Made by a program: the position numbers and the translations under genes. The notes beneath the pieces were generated by a model that saw only the letters and a program-made list of their open reading frames with translations, ran no database searches and had not been told where the DNA came from. Below are positions 1 to 8,443 of a stretch of DNA of 64,000 nucleotides, one piece after another; positions within the stretch are counted from its first letter, which is position 1; every line of letters starts with the position of its first letter. Source of the DNA: a virus; IMG/VR virus record IMGVR_UViG_3300035703_000045, positions 29,045 to 93,044 of that record, one strand, 5' to 3'.

Positions 1-49
1 GTGGGGGGCGTTGGATGCCTGAGCGGTGGCTACGGCGAGCCACCTGAAG

Positions 50-496
50 TCAGAGACGCTCAGTGCTGGCATTTGCGATCAAGTGCTTGGCTTTGGCAAC
101 CGACACACCCAGCACCTCAGCAAAGTGCTGAATGAACGGAGTCTTGTGGTTCTTCCCTCGTACCTTGCGGAGATCCTTGATGATCGTGGACACCGGCATG
201 GTGTGATCAAGGTTGTTGATATCCAACTTGCGACGTTCACGGGGAACCACGCCACCCCAAATGCCTTGGTGCTCTCCGTTCTCAAGAGCGAACATCAGAC
301 AATCACGGCGCACCGTGCAGGTGGCGCAGGTGAGACGGGAGGTAGCAATCTGATAGGAGCATGCGGAGTGGTTGTCCTTGGTCGGAAAGAACGTGTCGGG
401 GTTGACCCCTGCACACGCTGAGTGCTTGCGCCACTCCCCATTTCCCCAGTTTCGTAGCATCGGTAGTTCAATCAGGTTTGGATTCTGTTCGTTCAT
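50..496 (-). CDS. whiB: WhiB-family Fe-S transcription factor with C-terminal HTH-like extension
   Basis: Four-Cys pattern CAGVNPDTFFP...CATCTVRRDC plus GIWGG..PRERR; extra C-terminal FAEVLGVSVAKAKHLI. Confidence 0.93.
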   Translation of the reverse strand: MNEQNPNLIELPMLRNWGNGEWRKHSACAGVNPDTFFPTKDNHSACSYQIATSRLTCATCTVRRDCLMFALENGEHQGIWGGVVPRERRKLDINNLDHTMPVSTIIKDLRKVRGKNHKTPFIQHFAEVLGVSVAKAKHLIANASTERL

Positions 497-534
497 GTTA
501 TGAATCTTATCGGGTGGGTGCTTGGTTTACCAAA

Positions 535-1605
535 TTACCAATTTGTCAGAACATCAATTAGGTTCTTTGCCCCAATTGAGATATCTCGTTGGCGAACCAG
601 ATCTTGGAACTGACTCCCCAGATCCGTGCGGAGAGAGGGGTCACTAAGAGATTTGATACCCCGTATCCAATCATGTGCATTCTTTGCTACCAACCCAATA
701 CCATAGTCATTTGCAAGGGACTTGTATGACGAGGTGTCTTGGGCGATGAATGGAACACCGGCTGAAGCGTACTCAAGACCTTTGATGTCGGACTTGGCTT
801 CGTTGAATGGGATCTTGTTGAGAGGAACCACTCCGATATCCATATCCATTAGGTATGGATACTCCTCCGCTGGCACCGAATTGCGGGTTCTCACCAACTC
901 CTCAGAGACCCCAAGTTCGGAAGCAAAGGTGGGGGCAGACTCATGGTGACCACCGTGGTACAGATGTACAGCACCGTTCTCTGCCATGGGCTTCAGCCAT
1001 CCCGACATCGTTTGGATGTCTTGGCTACGGTGCGCCGTGCTACCCACCCACCCCACCGTAGGGGTAGTGCTTCCTGAATCGGTATGACACCCCTTGAAAC
1101 GGGCGACATCCACATAGTTAGGTAGGACGATTATGGGGCACCGTACAAACTGCTTGATACGGTCAGCAAGGTACGGGGTGCTGACAGTAACAAAGTTTGA
1201 ACGAGCAATGACACCTTTGTAATGGTTGGTGTTCTCTGTCGGATTCTTGGAAGGGTGGTTGATCCAGTACGCCTGATTGGTGACACTCAGTCCCCAATAC
1301 CAGTCGTCTAGATCGTTGATGATGATCTGACCGGCTTTCTGCGCCATGGGGATGTGGGTGAGAAGACCCTGATGCATGAGGCGTTGCATGTAGATGACAT
1401 CTACATCGTGAACTCCCCCAGCAATATCAACGATGAAGAACCTGTTGGATATCCAAGTCAGAACCCCGACATGTGTTTCAAATGGAAATAGGGACACATA
1501 CTGTCCCATCCGTGCCCATCCGCTACCGCCCCAATGGGGTTTGTCGCTATTCAGTTTCTTCGGATGGATCCAATCCCCCGACGCTATTCCTAGACGCACG
1601 GACAT
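535..1605 (-). CDS. Glycosyltransferase (GT-B fold, GT4-like)
   Basis: Motifs IINDLDDWYW, VSTPYLA, VGWVGS.AH, DIGVVPL...FNEAKSDIKGLEY..AGVPFIA; start moved to ATG 1605. Confidence 0.85.
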   Translation of the reverse strand: MSVRLGIASGDWIHPKKLNSDKPHWGGSGWARMGQYVSLFPFETHVGVLTWISNRFFIVDIAGGVHDVDVIYMQRLMHQGLLTHIPMAQKAGQIIINDLDDWYWGLSVTNQAYWINHPSKNPTENTNHYKGVIARSNFVTVSTPYLADRIKQFVRCPIIVLPNYVDVARFKGCHTDSGSTTPTVGWVGSTAHRSQDIQTMSGWLKPMAENGAVHLYHGGHHESAPTFASELGVSEELVRTRNSVPAEEYPYLMDMDIGVVPLNKIPFNEAKSDIKGLEYASAGVPFIAQDTSSYKSLANDYGIGLVAKNAHDWIRGIKSLSDPSLRTDLGSQFQDLVRQRDISIGAKNLIDVLTNW

Positions 1606-1771
1606 TCCCTTTTCGTTCCATGACAAATGATTTACGGTTCTTGATGGTGTCACCCTTCTCTGTCATGGCTGAACACCTGTGGATAGGTGCCTGAGTCATG
1701 GGAACAAAGATACTTGTCGTTGCACGACAATTAGGGCACACATAGCGACCAGCAGGGAATGTCTCACTCAT
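1547..1771 (-). CDS. Small Zn-ribbon protein
   Basis: YVCPNC...PIHRC; ATG 1771 lies 7 nt downstream of a TAGAAT -10 box. Confidence 0.55.
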   Translation of the reverse strand: MSETFPAGRYVCPNCRATTSIFVPMTQAPIHRCSAMTEKGDTIKNRKSFVMERKGNVRASRNSVGGLDPSEETE

Positions 1772-1809
1772 ACAAGACATTCTACACTACTGGTCGCTTA
1801 GTGCAACAG

Positions 1810-2025
1810 TCAGACTGTCTTGGTGCGAGGTGCCCGACGCTTCCAAGTAGCCTTGAATGCCTCAATGTGGCGACGATCCCACAGAGGAGTGGCACTCAGG
1901 TTTCCGATGGGCATGGGGAAGTTCTTCCGCTTGCGGAGCGCATGGATCTGTTGCTTGGGGCATTCCAAGATTTCAGCGACTTCTGCTGTTCCGCAAAGGT
2001 CGGAAAGTTGGTAGGACTCTTCCAT
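1810..2025 (-). CDS. AlpA/excisionase-like HTH DNA-binding protein
   Basis: GTAEVAEILE...FPMPI.NLSATPLWDRRHIEAF; AAGGAG RBS upstream. Confidence 0.8.
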   Translation of the reverse strand: MEESYQLSDLCGTAEVAEILECPKQQIHALRKRKNFPMPIGNLSATPLWDRRHIEAFKATWKRRAPRTKTV

Positions 2026-2100
2026 TGGATTCTCCTTGTGTACGATATGTATATCAATGGTGATACAAGACTACACCATAGGGCATGGTGTTTACAACTC

Positions 2101-2640
2101 TCACGGCTTATTTAAGTACGCCCACGGAGACCAACCCGAGGAATCCTGAAGCATGACGGCAAAACGGAGGTTGGTTGCTGGGTCGTAGAGGGCATCACGG
2201 CTGATGCCAAGATCGGTCAACCACTTGCTGTGGACTTTGTAGTAGATCTGTGTGAGACCGACGCAGTCCCCGTTGTCAGCGGTGGGGATACACCGGCTCT
2301 CAGTCCATAGGACTTGAGACCAAGTGCCCCAGTCTTCAAGGTCGCCTCCGACCTCTAGAAGAAGGGGCAACCATTCGGCACAGCGTGGATAGATGGTTGC
2401 GTAGTTATTGACCTGTTCCTGATACGCAATAACCATGGGGTCAATAGTTGTGGTGGTTACTTCAGTGGTAGTAGTTGGTGGAGGTGTGATGACAACGGTT
2501 GCACGGGGTTGGGCAACTGTTGTGGGTGTAGCAGTAGTGGTCGTGGGACTTGGGGACTTTGGTGTTGATGCAAGAGTGATGATGGCGAGTGTGGTTGCAA
2601 GTGATATAGCAATGATCGTGAATGATTTATTGATGCTCAA
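2101..2640 (-). CDS. Secreted or membrane-anchored lytic transglycosylase (SLT/lysozyme-like) with Thr/Pro-rich linker
   Basis: Hydrophobic N-terminus, poly-Thr linker, catalytic-type WTESRC, GLTQI, LYDPATNLRFA, GWSPW; TTG start after AAGGAG. Confidence 0.8.
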   Translation of the reverse strand: MSINKSFTIIAISLATTLAIITLASTPKSPSPTTTTATPTTVAQPRATVVITPPPTTTTEVTTTTIDPMVIAYQEQVNNYATIYPRCAEWLPLLLEVGGDLEDWGTWSQVLWTESRCIPTADNGDCVGLTQIYYKVHSKWLTDLGISRDALYDPATNLRFAVMLQDSSGWSPWAYLNKP

Positions 2641-2728
2641 GGTGACTCCTTGACTAGGGGATAAAAGCAATGCCCGACTACAAGAATCGGGCACCCTTCT
2701 AGTTTACCAAACGGTTACGGTTTGGCAA

Positions 2729-3109
2729 CTACTTACTTGACATCCTAAACACGACATCATCAAGTTTGTAACTCTCTCCTTGTCGTGGAATAGAGTCAAT
2801 TGATATCGGTAACGATATGTCCTTGGAACAACACGCAGAACAAGAACAACCGAATCGTTTACTTTCAATAGTTCCATGAGGAACACGATTTGGGTTTCGT
2901 CTTTCTTGCGGGGTTAGCCCACCCCAGCATCCCCACACTTCTTCGTTCTTTGTTCCGTATTCCAAACAGTCTTTCCACACTGGGCAGGAATAGCAAAGAG
3001 ACTTACCAATCCGGTAATAGGCATTCTGATTTGGTGCTTCCAAAGGTGGGAACCAAAAGTCGGAATGAAGACCTTTACAAAGAGCGTCTTGCATCCAATC
3101 TAAATTCAT
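2729..3109 (-). CDS. whiB: Second WhiB-family transcription factor with C-terminal HGT-GCxCxxC motif
   Basis: WMQDALCKG...FWFP...CYSCPVWKDCLEY...WGCWGGLTPQERR, then HGTIESKRFGCSCSAC. Confidence 0.93.
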   Translation of the reverse strand: MNLDWMQDALCKGLHSDFWFPPLEAPNQNAYYRIGKSLCYSCPVWKDCLEYGTKNEEVWGCWGGLTPQERRNPNRVPHGTIESKRFGCSCSACCSKDISLPISIDSIPRQGESYKLDDVVFRMSSK

Positions 3110-3405
3110 TGATCAAATTCACGACGGAACAAACATAGAGCAATGACGGTGTAAGTAGCGATGTCAAGAAGACTGTCTTCAACGCCTTCATTCTGAAGAG
3201 TTGATCCGTTGGCATAAGCCTGAAGGCGAACGATCTTGTCGTTCGCTCGCATCATGGCACCGATCCAAGGGCTGATACCCCATTCTGCTGATGCGCTGAC
3301 GTTCGCAAAGAAGTCGTGATCCCGACCGTAGTCGGCACCTTTGCGTTGGTGCATCTCAAGAACTTCAGAGATGACTTGCTCAAATTCAGGGTTATTTCGT
3401 CCCAC
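3106..3405 (-). CDS. Nucleotide-modification-associated domain 1 (Nmad1/DUF1599-like) protein
   Basis: RKGADYG, DKIVRL, EGVEDSLLDIATY motifs. Confidence 0.75.
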   Translation of the reverse strand: MGRNNPEFEQVISEVLEMHQRKGADYGRDHDFFANVSASAEWGISPWIGAMMRANDKIVRLQAYANGSTLQNEGVEDSLLDIATYTVIALCLFRREFDQ

Positions 3406-3589
3406 GTCGCTCCTCTGCGATGATGTCTAGAACGTGGGCAACTGCCAATGGCAGAAAGGATGCTGTCGCAAACAACAGCAGGGTTGATGCCACGTCTCGG
3501 TTTGACTGATGAATGGATTCCGTGATGGTAAAGAACACCGTCACGATGAAGGCAAGTGTGTACCGCCGTCTGTGCTGATAAGTGTTCAC
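3392..3589 (-). CDS. Small two-TM membrane protein
   Basis: Two hydrophobic segments; overlaps both neighbours in operon fashion. Confidence 0.55.
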   Translation of the reverse strand: MNTYQHRRRYTLAFIVTVFFTITESIHQSNRDVASTLLLFATASFLPLAVAHVLDIIAEERRGTK

Positions 3590-3816
3590 GATGACTTCTT
3601 CGTTCCGTACATGGCGACCGACTGAATTTGGTCAAGAAGCCATGCTGATGCCTCGTTAATACCATCCTGTGAAACAATGTCCCAACTCTGCCAAAGAGTG
3701 CAGTGCTTCTCCTTCAACCACTCCCTGATCAGATCTTGGGTGATGGATACATCTTGGGTTTCGTTAAGTACGTCGTCCATGGACGGGAACTTATCAATTA
3801 TCTTGGCTGATGTCAA
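3586..3816 (-). CDS. Hypothetical protein
   Basis: ORF tiled between neighbours with ATGA overlap. Confidence 0.55.
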   Translation of the reverse strand: MTSAKIIDKFPSMDDVLNETQDVSITQDLIREWLKEKHCTLWQSWDIVSQDGINEASAWLLDQIQSVAMYGTKKSS

Positions 3817-5230
3817 TCACTGATTGAATAAAACGGTCAGTTTGATTTGCGTTCATACCGCCACCATCCAGTTGACGGGCGGTATCCCCTGCTCGTTGAC
3901 CAAACAGCCTAGAAAGTACTCCTGAACTTCCACGGGCTTCAACTTCAATACGCATCATATCCCGACTATCAGATATGTTCTTAAACCTATCAATGAGGGA
4001 GAACAGGCGATCCATCTCCGAGGATAGGGCTGGGTCAATACCCTGACCCTCCAGTTCTTCAGCAAACCGAGCGAACAAAACACGGCTTGCCTGCATCTCA
4101 ATCATGGCTTGCAGTACTGCGGTCAACTGATCCTTTGTACGGATCTCAACAGGTAGACGAAACCCACATTCTGAATTCTCTTGGAATGCAGGACAACGGC
4201 TGGCTAGATAGCAACTATTGCACTGTCGCAGAGGGTTGCTCTGATACCTAATAACAGGTGTCTCTTGAGGGTCAATTTCTATTAATTCTCCCTGCTCAGA
4301 GTGGGTTTGTGTACCCATTGAGAGCAGGTGTTCAATACCCATAACCGGTAGCAACATACGGTCACTGTCGTGCCTCTTTTGTACTGGGGGTATATCAACA
4401 TTTGTACCCTTCGGAACCATAGAAAGCCCACTTGGGGTTGAGGGGGATATATTAACTATTTCCCCATCTTCAGAGTTTACAAACTCATTCTCATCATCCG
4501 CTGGGGATGGGTCATAGCCCCCAAATGTACGCTCCTCCCACTGCAACCACGAGCGGATTGCAAGGGTTCCCACAGCGTCAACACTGTCCTCCATAACGGC
4601 TTCGTAGTCCACTCCGAGGCGCATGATGTCGGGGCGATGCTTCTTGCGTGATGACTCTTTCTGCTGGGCTGGGTACCGTCGTAGACCATGACCATCCCAT
4701 ACCTGAGTCTCGCCGTACCGGATAGCAGATGTCCATGATCCGACGACCACAACCTCCCATGGCAGGGCTTCAATGATGTCAGGTTTACTTGTTAAACCGA
4801 ACAACTTGGTGTCCCAGCGGTTTGAAAGCGAACGAATGCGAGGAAGAGTTTTAGTATCAATAGCCTTATCAGATATAGCAACACGCCCATATCGCTGGCA
4901 TATCCAAGCGAGACGCTCTAAATCGTCACCGGCGTTCCAAACTGGGATGTACTTGTCTCCAAGCCAGTCGCCGTCCATGTCGGGGCGACCAATTACATAG
5001 GTCAAATAGTCGGCGTACTCACGCACAAAGTCTGTATACCCCGTCAGGTTCTCGTCACCTTCGCTGGTGTAGACCAGCAGTTCCGCTCCAGCAAACACAA
5101 CAGAAGGGTCAAACTCTTTCCGTTTGGGAACAGGGAGATGAGTGACATTGACACCCATTCTTTGTACATTGTTAGCAATCAGGAGGTTTCTGTGGGTGCC
5201 TTTCTCGGCTCCACCTAGAAAGATTCTCAT
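3794..5230 (-). CDS. Degenerate DpdA/TGT-like barrel fused to Cys4 and helical C-terminal domain
   Basis: YIPVWNAGDDLERL..ICQRYGRVAI and LFGL...LPWEVVVVGSWTSAIRYGE resemble DpdA/TGT-like motifs; CNSCYLASRCPAF...EC near C-terminus. Confidence 0.55.
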   Translation of the reverse strand: MRIFLGGAEKGTHRNLLIANNVQRMGVNVTHLPVPKRKEFDPSVVFAGAELLVYTSEGDENLTGYTDFVREYADYLTYVIGRPDMDGDWLGDKYIPVWNAGDDLERLAWICQRYGRVAISDKAIDTKTLPRIRSLSNRWDTKLFGLTSKPDIIEALPWEVVVVGSWTSAIRYGETQVWDGHGLRRYPAQQKESSRKKHRPDIMRLGVDYEAVMEDSVDAVGTLAIRSWLQWEERTFGGYDPSPADDENEFVNSEDGEIVNISPSTPSGLSMVPKGTNVDIPPVQKRHDSDRMLLPVMGIEHLLSMGTQTHSEQGELIEIDPQETPVIRYQSNPLRQCNSCYLASRCPAFQENSECGFRLPVEIRTKDQLTAVLQAMIEMQASRVLFARFAEELEGQGIDPALSSEMDRLFSLIDRFKNISDSRDMMRIEVEARGSSGVLSRLFGQRAGDTARQLDGGGMNANQTDRFIQSVIDISQDN

Positions 5231-5700
5231 TCTTCTCTCCACGCTTTCTCAGCCATCTTTACTGCCTGATTGTCCATTTCCTCAACCATGGTATCCCATT
5301 CTTTGATGACACGCCCACCGTCCCATTCCGGTCGGATGATGTACGGGCAGGCAACTAGGAGAGTAGGAATGCCCAGTCTCAAGGTTTCGGCGCAGGTACG
5401 GGGGTCATTGTCAATGTACCAATCAACCTTTCCAAAGACAGCAGAGATTCGGTGAACCTTCTCAGCCCTCAAGTTGGGGCTTGGTTCATCAAGGATCTCA
5501 TAGAAGGAAGGCTTGAACCCCTCCTTCTTTAGCCAGTGCTCAATGATCGGACGTTCGTAGTCTTCATTGATAATGACGCACATACGCCCTATGGAGTTAT
5601 CAAATAGGGCATTCCATATCTTGCGTCCGTCAGGATCAGGCTGGCGTAGAGCGAGTGTCTCAGCAGGGCGAGCCAGTACGGAGAAGTTGAACAGAATCAC
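5227..5700 (-). CDS. HAD-fold-like protein (motif I degenerate)
   Basis: IEHWLKKEG and DWYIDNDP.TCAETLRLGIPTLL fit the HAD C-terminal pattern; no N-terminal DxD. Confidence 0.5.
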   Translation of the reverse strand: MILFNFSVLARPAETLALRQPDPDGRKIWNALFDNSIGRMCVIINEDYERPIIEHWLKKEGFKPSFYEILDEPSPNLRAEKVHRISAVFGKVDWYIDNDPRTCAETLRLGIPTLLVACPYIIRPEWDGGRVIKEWDTMVEEMDNQAVKMAEKAWREE

Positions 5701-6155
5701 CCGTCATACATCCCTTTGGCAAGGCGGTTCTTGTGAGTTACGAAAGCAGATGCTGGGCAGTAGTGGCAAAGGTATTGGCGGTTTTCCTTGGGAACGCCAA
5801 TCTTACGACCGATGGTCTTCTCTTCGTTCTCATAGTCAATGCACATACCCTTAGGGGCACCATGTCGTTGGAAGCACTTCAGGGCTTCAACCTTGAGATC
5901 GTCACGGAGTTCCCGTACCGCCCACTCGTTCTTCAGGAGTTCCTTCTGAACGGCTGTCTCATCACCAAGTTTCTCCCATGTGGCTTCGTCCACACGGAAG
6001 ATAAGGGACTGATGGGAATCAGGGTTCTTATCCTGAGCCTGACCAAGGTGACGGTTGATCAGTTCCTGAAGTTCCATGTCGTAGTCAGGTGACCCTGTGT
6101 AGTCACGCATTTTGTACATGGTACCGCATGAACGGCAGGCTAGAAGTCTAGGCAT
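5697..6155 (-). CDS. Cys-rich hypothetical protein (putative Zn binding)
   Basis: CRSC, C..H...C, YLCHYCP; strong AAGGAG RBS. Confidence 0.7.
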   Translation of the reverse strand: MPRLLACRSCGTMYKMRDYTGSPDYDMELQELINRHLGQAQDKNPDSHQSLIFRVDEATWEKLGDETAVQKELLKNEWAVRELRDDLKVEALKCFQRHGAPKGMCIDYENEEKTIGRKIGVPKENRQYLCHYCPASAFVTHKNRLAKGMYDG

Positions 6156-6190
6156 GTTGTGCTCCTTGTAAGTGTTACGAATAGTCTAGA

Positions 6191-6388
6191 TCAGTTGTAT
6201 GGTGCTGTTTGGATGACACCCATCTTCAGATCACTAATGTTGTACTGAGGCTGAAGAAGAGTGGCTCGCTCATGGATATTCTGCATGTCCACATCTCCAC
6301 CACGATCAGGGGCAAGACTCTTAAAAGCACCATCGTCTACACCGAGGCGAAGGTCTTTATTCATTGAACGATATACATTTTTAGCCAT
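6191..6388 (-). CDS. Small hypothetical protein
   Basis: ORF with extended -10 TGGTAAAGT 6 nt upstream of ATG. Confidence 0.65.
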   Translation of the reverse strand: MAKNVYRSMNKDLRLGVDDGAFKSLAPDRGGDVDMQNIHERATLLQPQYNISDLKMGVIQTAPYN

Positions 6389-6429
6389 ATCAATACTTTA
6401 CCATATCTATGTCGGTCGTTTGGTAACGA

Positions 6430-7668
6430 CTATTTTCTGGGGAACCGACCTTTTGAACGACGACGGTCAGCGAGGGACGGTCGTGGTGCAGGGGGTGCAG
6501 GGGGGATTAGTCCACCGCCTAGAGCCTGTGTGTTTGTCCCCTTGTCATATTGCTTGGGCTGGGGGAACGGGCTAGAAGGACCGGATGGTGGTTGGTTGGG
6601 GTTAGGAACGATTGGGAAAGAAGGGAATGACCCTCCTCCCCCTCCGGGGGCGGTAGGCATTTGTGAAGGGGAAGGTAGAGCAGGTGCTCCACCACTACCT
6701 TGACTGGCATATGCCTCGTCAAGGCTCTCAAGAAGTTTACGATTGGCATCAGAAACATTGGATGGTAATGCTCCCATGCTTCCTGCTTTACCGGTGGGTC
6801 CAAGCATCCCGTATGGAGAACCTTCAGGGGTTATTGAAGGATCGGTGACGGTGGGGATCCTACTGCGTGTACCGGCAAACCTTTCGGCGTTGCGCTCATT
6901 GATAACGTCCTGAATGGTGCGACTACCTTCGGGGCGGTTTGCGTTGGCTTCTGCGGCGGCGGCTTGTGTCTCAAGGGTATTGAGACGACCCATAGCCATG
7001 CGATTAGAAGAAGTAACCGTGGGTTCAAGGACATTGGCAGGGTTGGTTCTGTCTCTAGTAACACTGGCTACCACATTGGGGAGGTTTCCCTGAACCCGTG
7101 ATGCAATATCTTGTTGGCGCAACTGTGCTTGTGACTGTCGTGATTGTTCACGCATACCAGCAAGGTTCTTATTGATTTCTATCGTTTCTTTAAGGTTGTC
7201 ATATTGCTGACCAACCTGCGCCTGTTGTTTATCAAGGTCACTTAGGCGTTGAACATCTGCACCGTACTGCTTGTTAAATTTGTAGTTACCGTACAACTTT
7301 TGTGCCAGAGGAATACCCTCTTTGGCAAGAGGTCCAATAGTGGACCCCATGCGACCTTCTTCTCCACCTTCTACAGGTGGTGTCCCAAAGTTCTGTGGGG
7401 CAGTGAGTTGGCGTGGAGCAGGAAGCCCACCACGAATTGGGGCACGGCGAACCATCTCGGACGTTGGGGCGTTGACAGGAAGACGGGTACGGGCTTCCGA
7501 TGTTGGCAAGTTAACGCCACCGCCACCAACGTCATTGAAGTTGGGGCGACTTCCACGAGCAAACTCGTTTTTGTACATGAACTGAAAGCGAGCATTATGG
7601 AGATCGCTAAGAAGGTCAAATGGGTCTTTGAATTGGAAGGAACTCATTCCCCCTTGTGGTTGAGCCAT
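6430..7668 (-). CDS. Pro/Gly-rich low-complexity protein
   Basis: 412 aa ORF, GGAGG RBS, TAATG coupling with upstream gene, Q-rich coiled-coil middle. Confidence 0.7.
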   Translation of the reverse strand: MAQPQGGMSSFQFKDPFDLLSDLHNARFQFMYKNEFARGSRPNFNDVGGGGVNLPTSEARTRLPVNAPTSEMVRRAPIRGGLPAPRQLTAPQNFGTPPVEGGEEGRMGSTIGPLAKEGIPLAQKLYGNYKFNKQYGADVQRLSDLDKQQAQVGQQYDNLKETIEINKNLAGMREQSRQSQAQLRQQDIASRVQGNLPNVVASVTRDRTNPANVLEPTVTSSNRMAMGRLNTLETQAAAAEANANRPEGSRTIQDVINERNAERFAGTRSRIPTVTDPSITPEGSPYGMLGPTGKAGSMGALPSNVSDANRKLLESLDEAYASQGSGGAPALPSPSQMPTAPGGGGGSFPSFPIVPNPNQPPSGPSSPFPQPKQYDKGTNTQALGGGLIPPAPPAPRPSLADRRRSKGRFPRK

Positions 7669-7964
7669 TATGCACCTCCCAGACTGTTCATGGAGTACCG
7701 ACCGGAGCCGGAGAACTCACCTTGATTGAAGTAATTTTGCATGACGGGCATACCGGATACCCACGACCTATATGATACCCCATAGCGAGACATATTAAAG
7801 ATGCTGTCCAAGGTTGGTTCCTGTTTGATCATCCCTCTGGATTGGGGAAACAACTGTTGTGGAACAGCAGGGCGAATTTGACGTATGGTCTCAGGGTCAC
7901 TGATAGCGGTCTCAAGGGCGATATCAACCAACATCTCCTGACGGGATTGCCATGGTTTAGCCAT
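7668..7964 (-). CDS. Hypothetical protein
   Basis: ORF in tight operon; GAAGGA RBS before ATG 7964. Confidence 0.65.
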   Translation of the reverse strand: MAKPWQSRQEMLVDIALETAISDPETIRQIRPAVPQQLFPQSRGMIKQEPTLDSIFNMSRYGVSYRSWVSGMPVMQNYFNQGEFSGSGRYSMNSLGGA

Positions 7965-8121
7965 TGTCGCCATCCTTCGGGTTGGTTGTTAGATCGTAAA
8001 AGTTAGAAGCGTCCTTGTATCGGAAGAACCGTGCAGGGTGATCATCCATAGAGAGAGGGTAGGGGTGACCTTGCGGAGTTCCATCTTCGCTAATCAGCCT
8101 CAAGTCAGGCTTGATAGGCAT
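7957..8121 (-). CDS. Small hypothetical protein, 54 aa (MPIKPDLRLISEDG...), not in ORF track
   Basis: Read manually; fills the gap between two genes exactly. Confidence 0.55.
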   Translation of the reverse strand: MPIKPDLRLISEDGTPQGHPYPLSMDDHPARFFRYKDASNFYDLTTNPKDGDNG

Positions 8122-8122
8122 A

Positions 8123-8443
8123 TCAGTTCTTCTTAGTTTTGATAACCGGTCGCTTCATACCCATGGGAGGGGCTGGATCTGGTTCTGTGTACGGAGTACC
8201 ACCAACTGCTGTGGAGTCCATAGCCTCTGCTCCTCGGGTGACACTGCCACCGTAAACCATCCCTTTTATTCCCTCAGCAATGGTTTTACCCATGCGACTT
8301 ACTTGATTGCTGACAGGGAGGCGAGGTCGTACCATACCTTGTGGGTTGGCATTATCGGATGACTCCATCCGTGCCCTCAGCGATAATGATGGTCTGTCCA
8401 CTTTACGAGACGGATGGTTTGATGAGTCTTGACCTTTAGCCAT
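8123..8443 (-). CDS. Small basic protein with MAKGQDS-x3-PSRKV N-terminal motif
   Basis: N-terminus MAKGQDSSNHPSRKV is shared with 8679..9113. Confidence 0.7.
   Translation of the reverse strand: MAKGQDSSNHPSRKVDRPSLSLRARMESSDNANPQGMVRPRLPVSNQVSRMGKTIAEGIKGMVYGGSVTRGAEAMDSTAVGGTPYTEPDPAPPMGMKRPVIKTKKN

Noticed and set aside
1-49. Hairpin GGTGGCT/AGCCACC (25-44) as part of a tRNA or ncRNA
   Set aside because: No cloverleaf or T-loop consensus, and truncated by the window edge; at most a terminator-like stem after whiB.
1810-2025. Excisionase implying a prophage or integration module
   Set aside because: No integrase, att-like site or host genes in the window; a generic AlpA-type regulator is the simpler reading.
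6157-6169. 13-bp exact repeat ttgtgctccttgt, also at 52348-52360
   Set aside because: It is mostly the Shine-Dalgarno (ACAAGGAGCACAA); two copies are not enough to call a separate regulatory motif.
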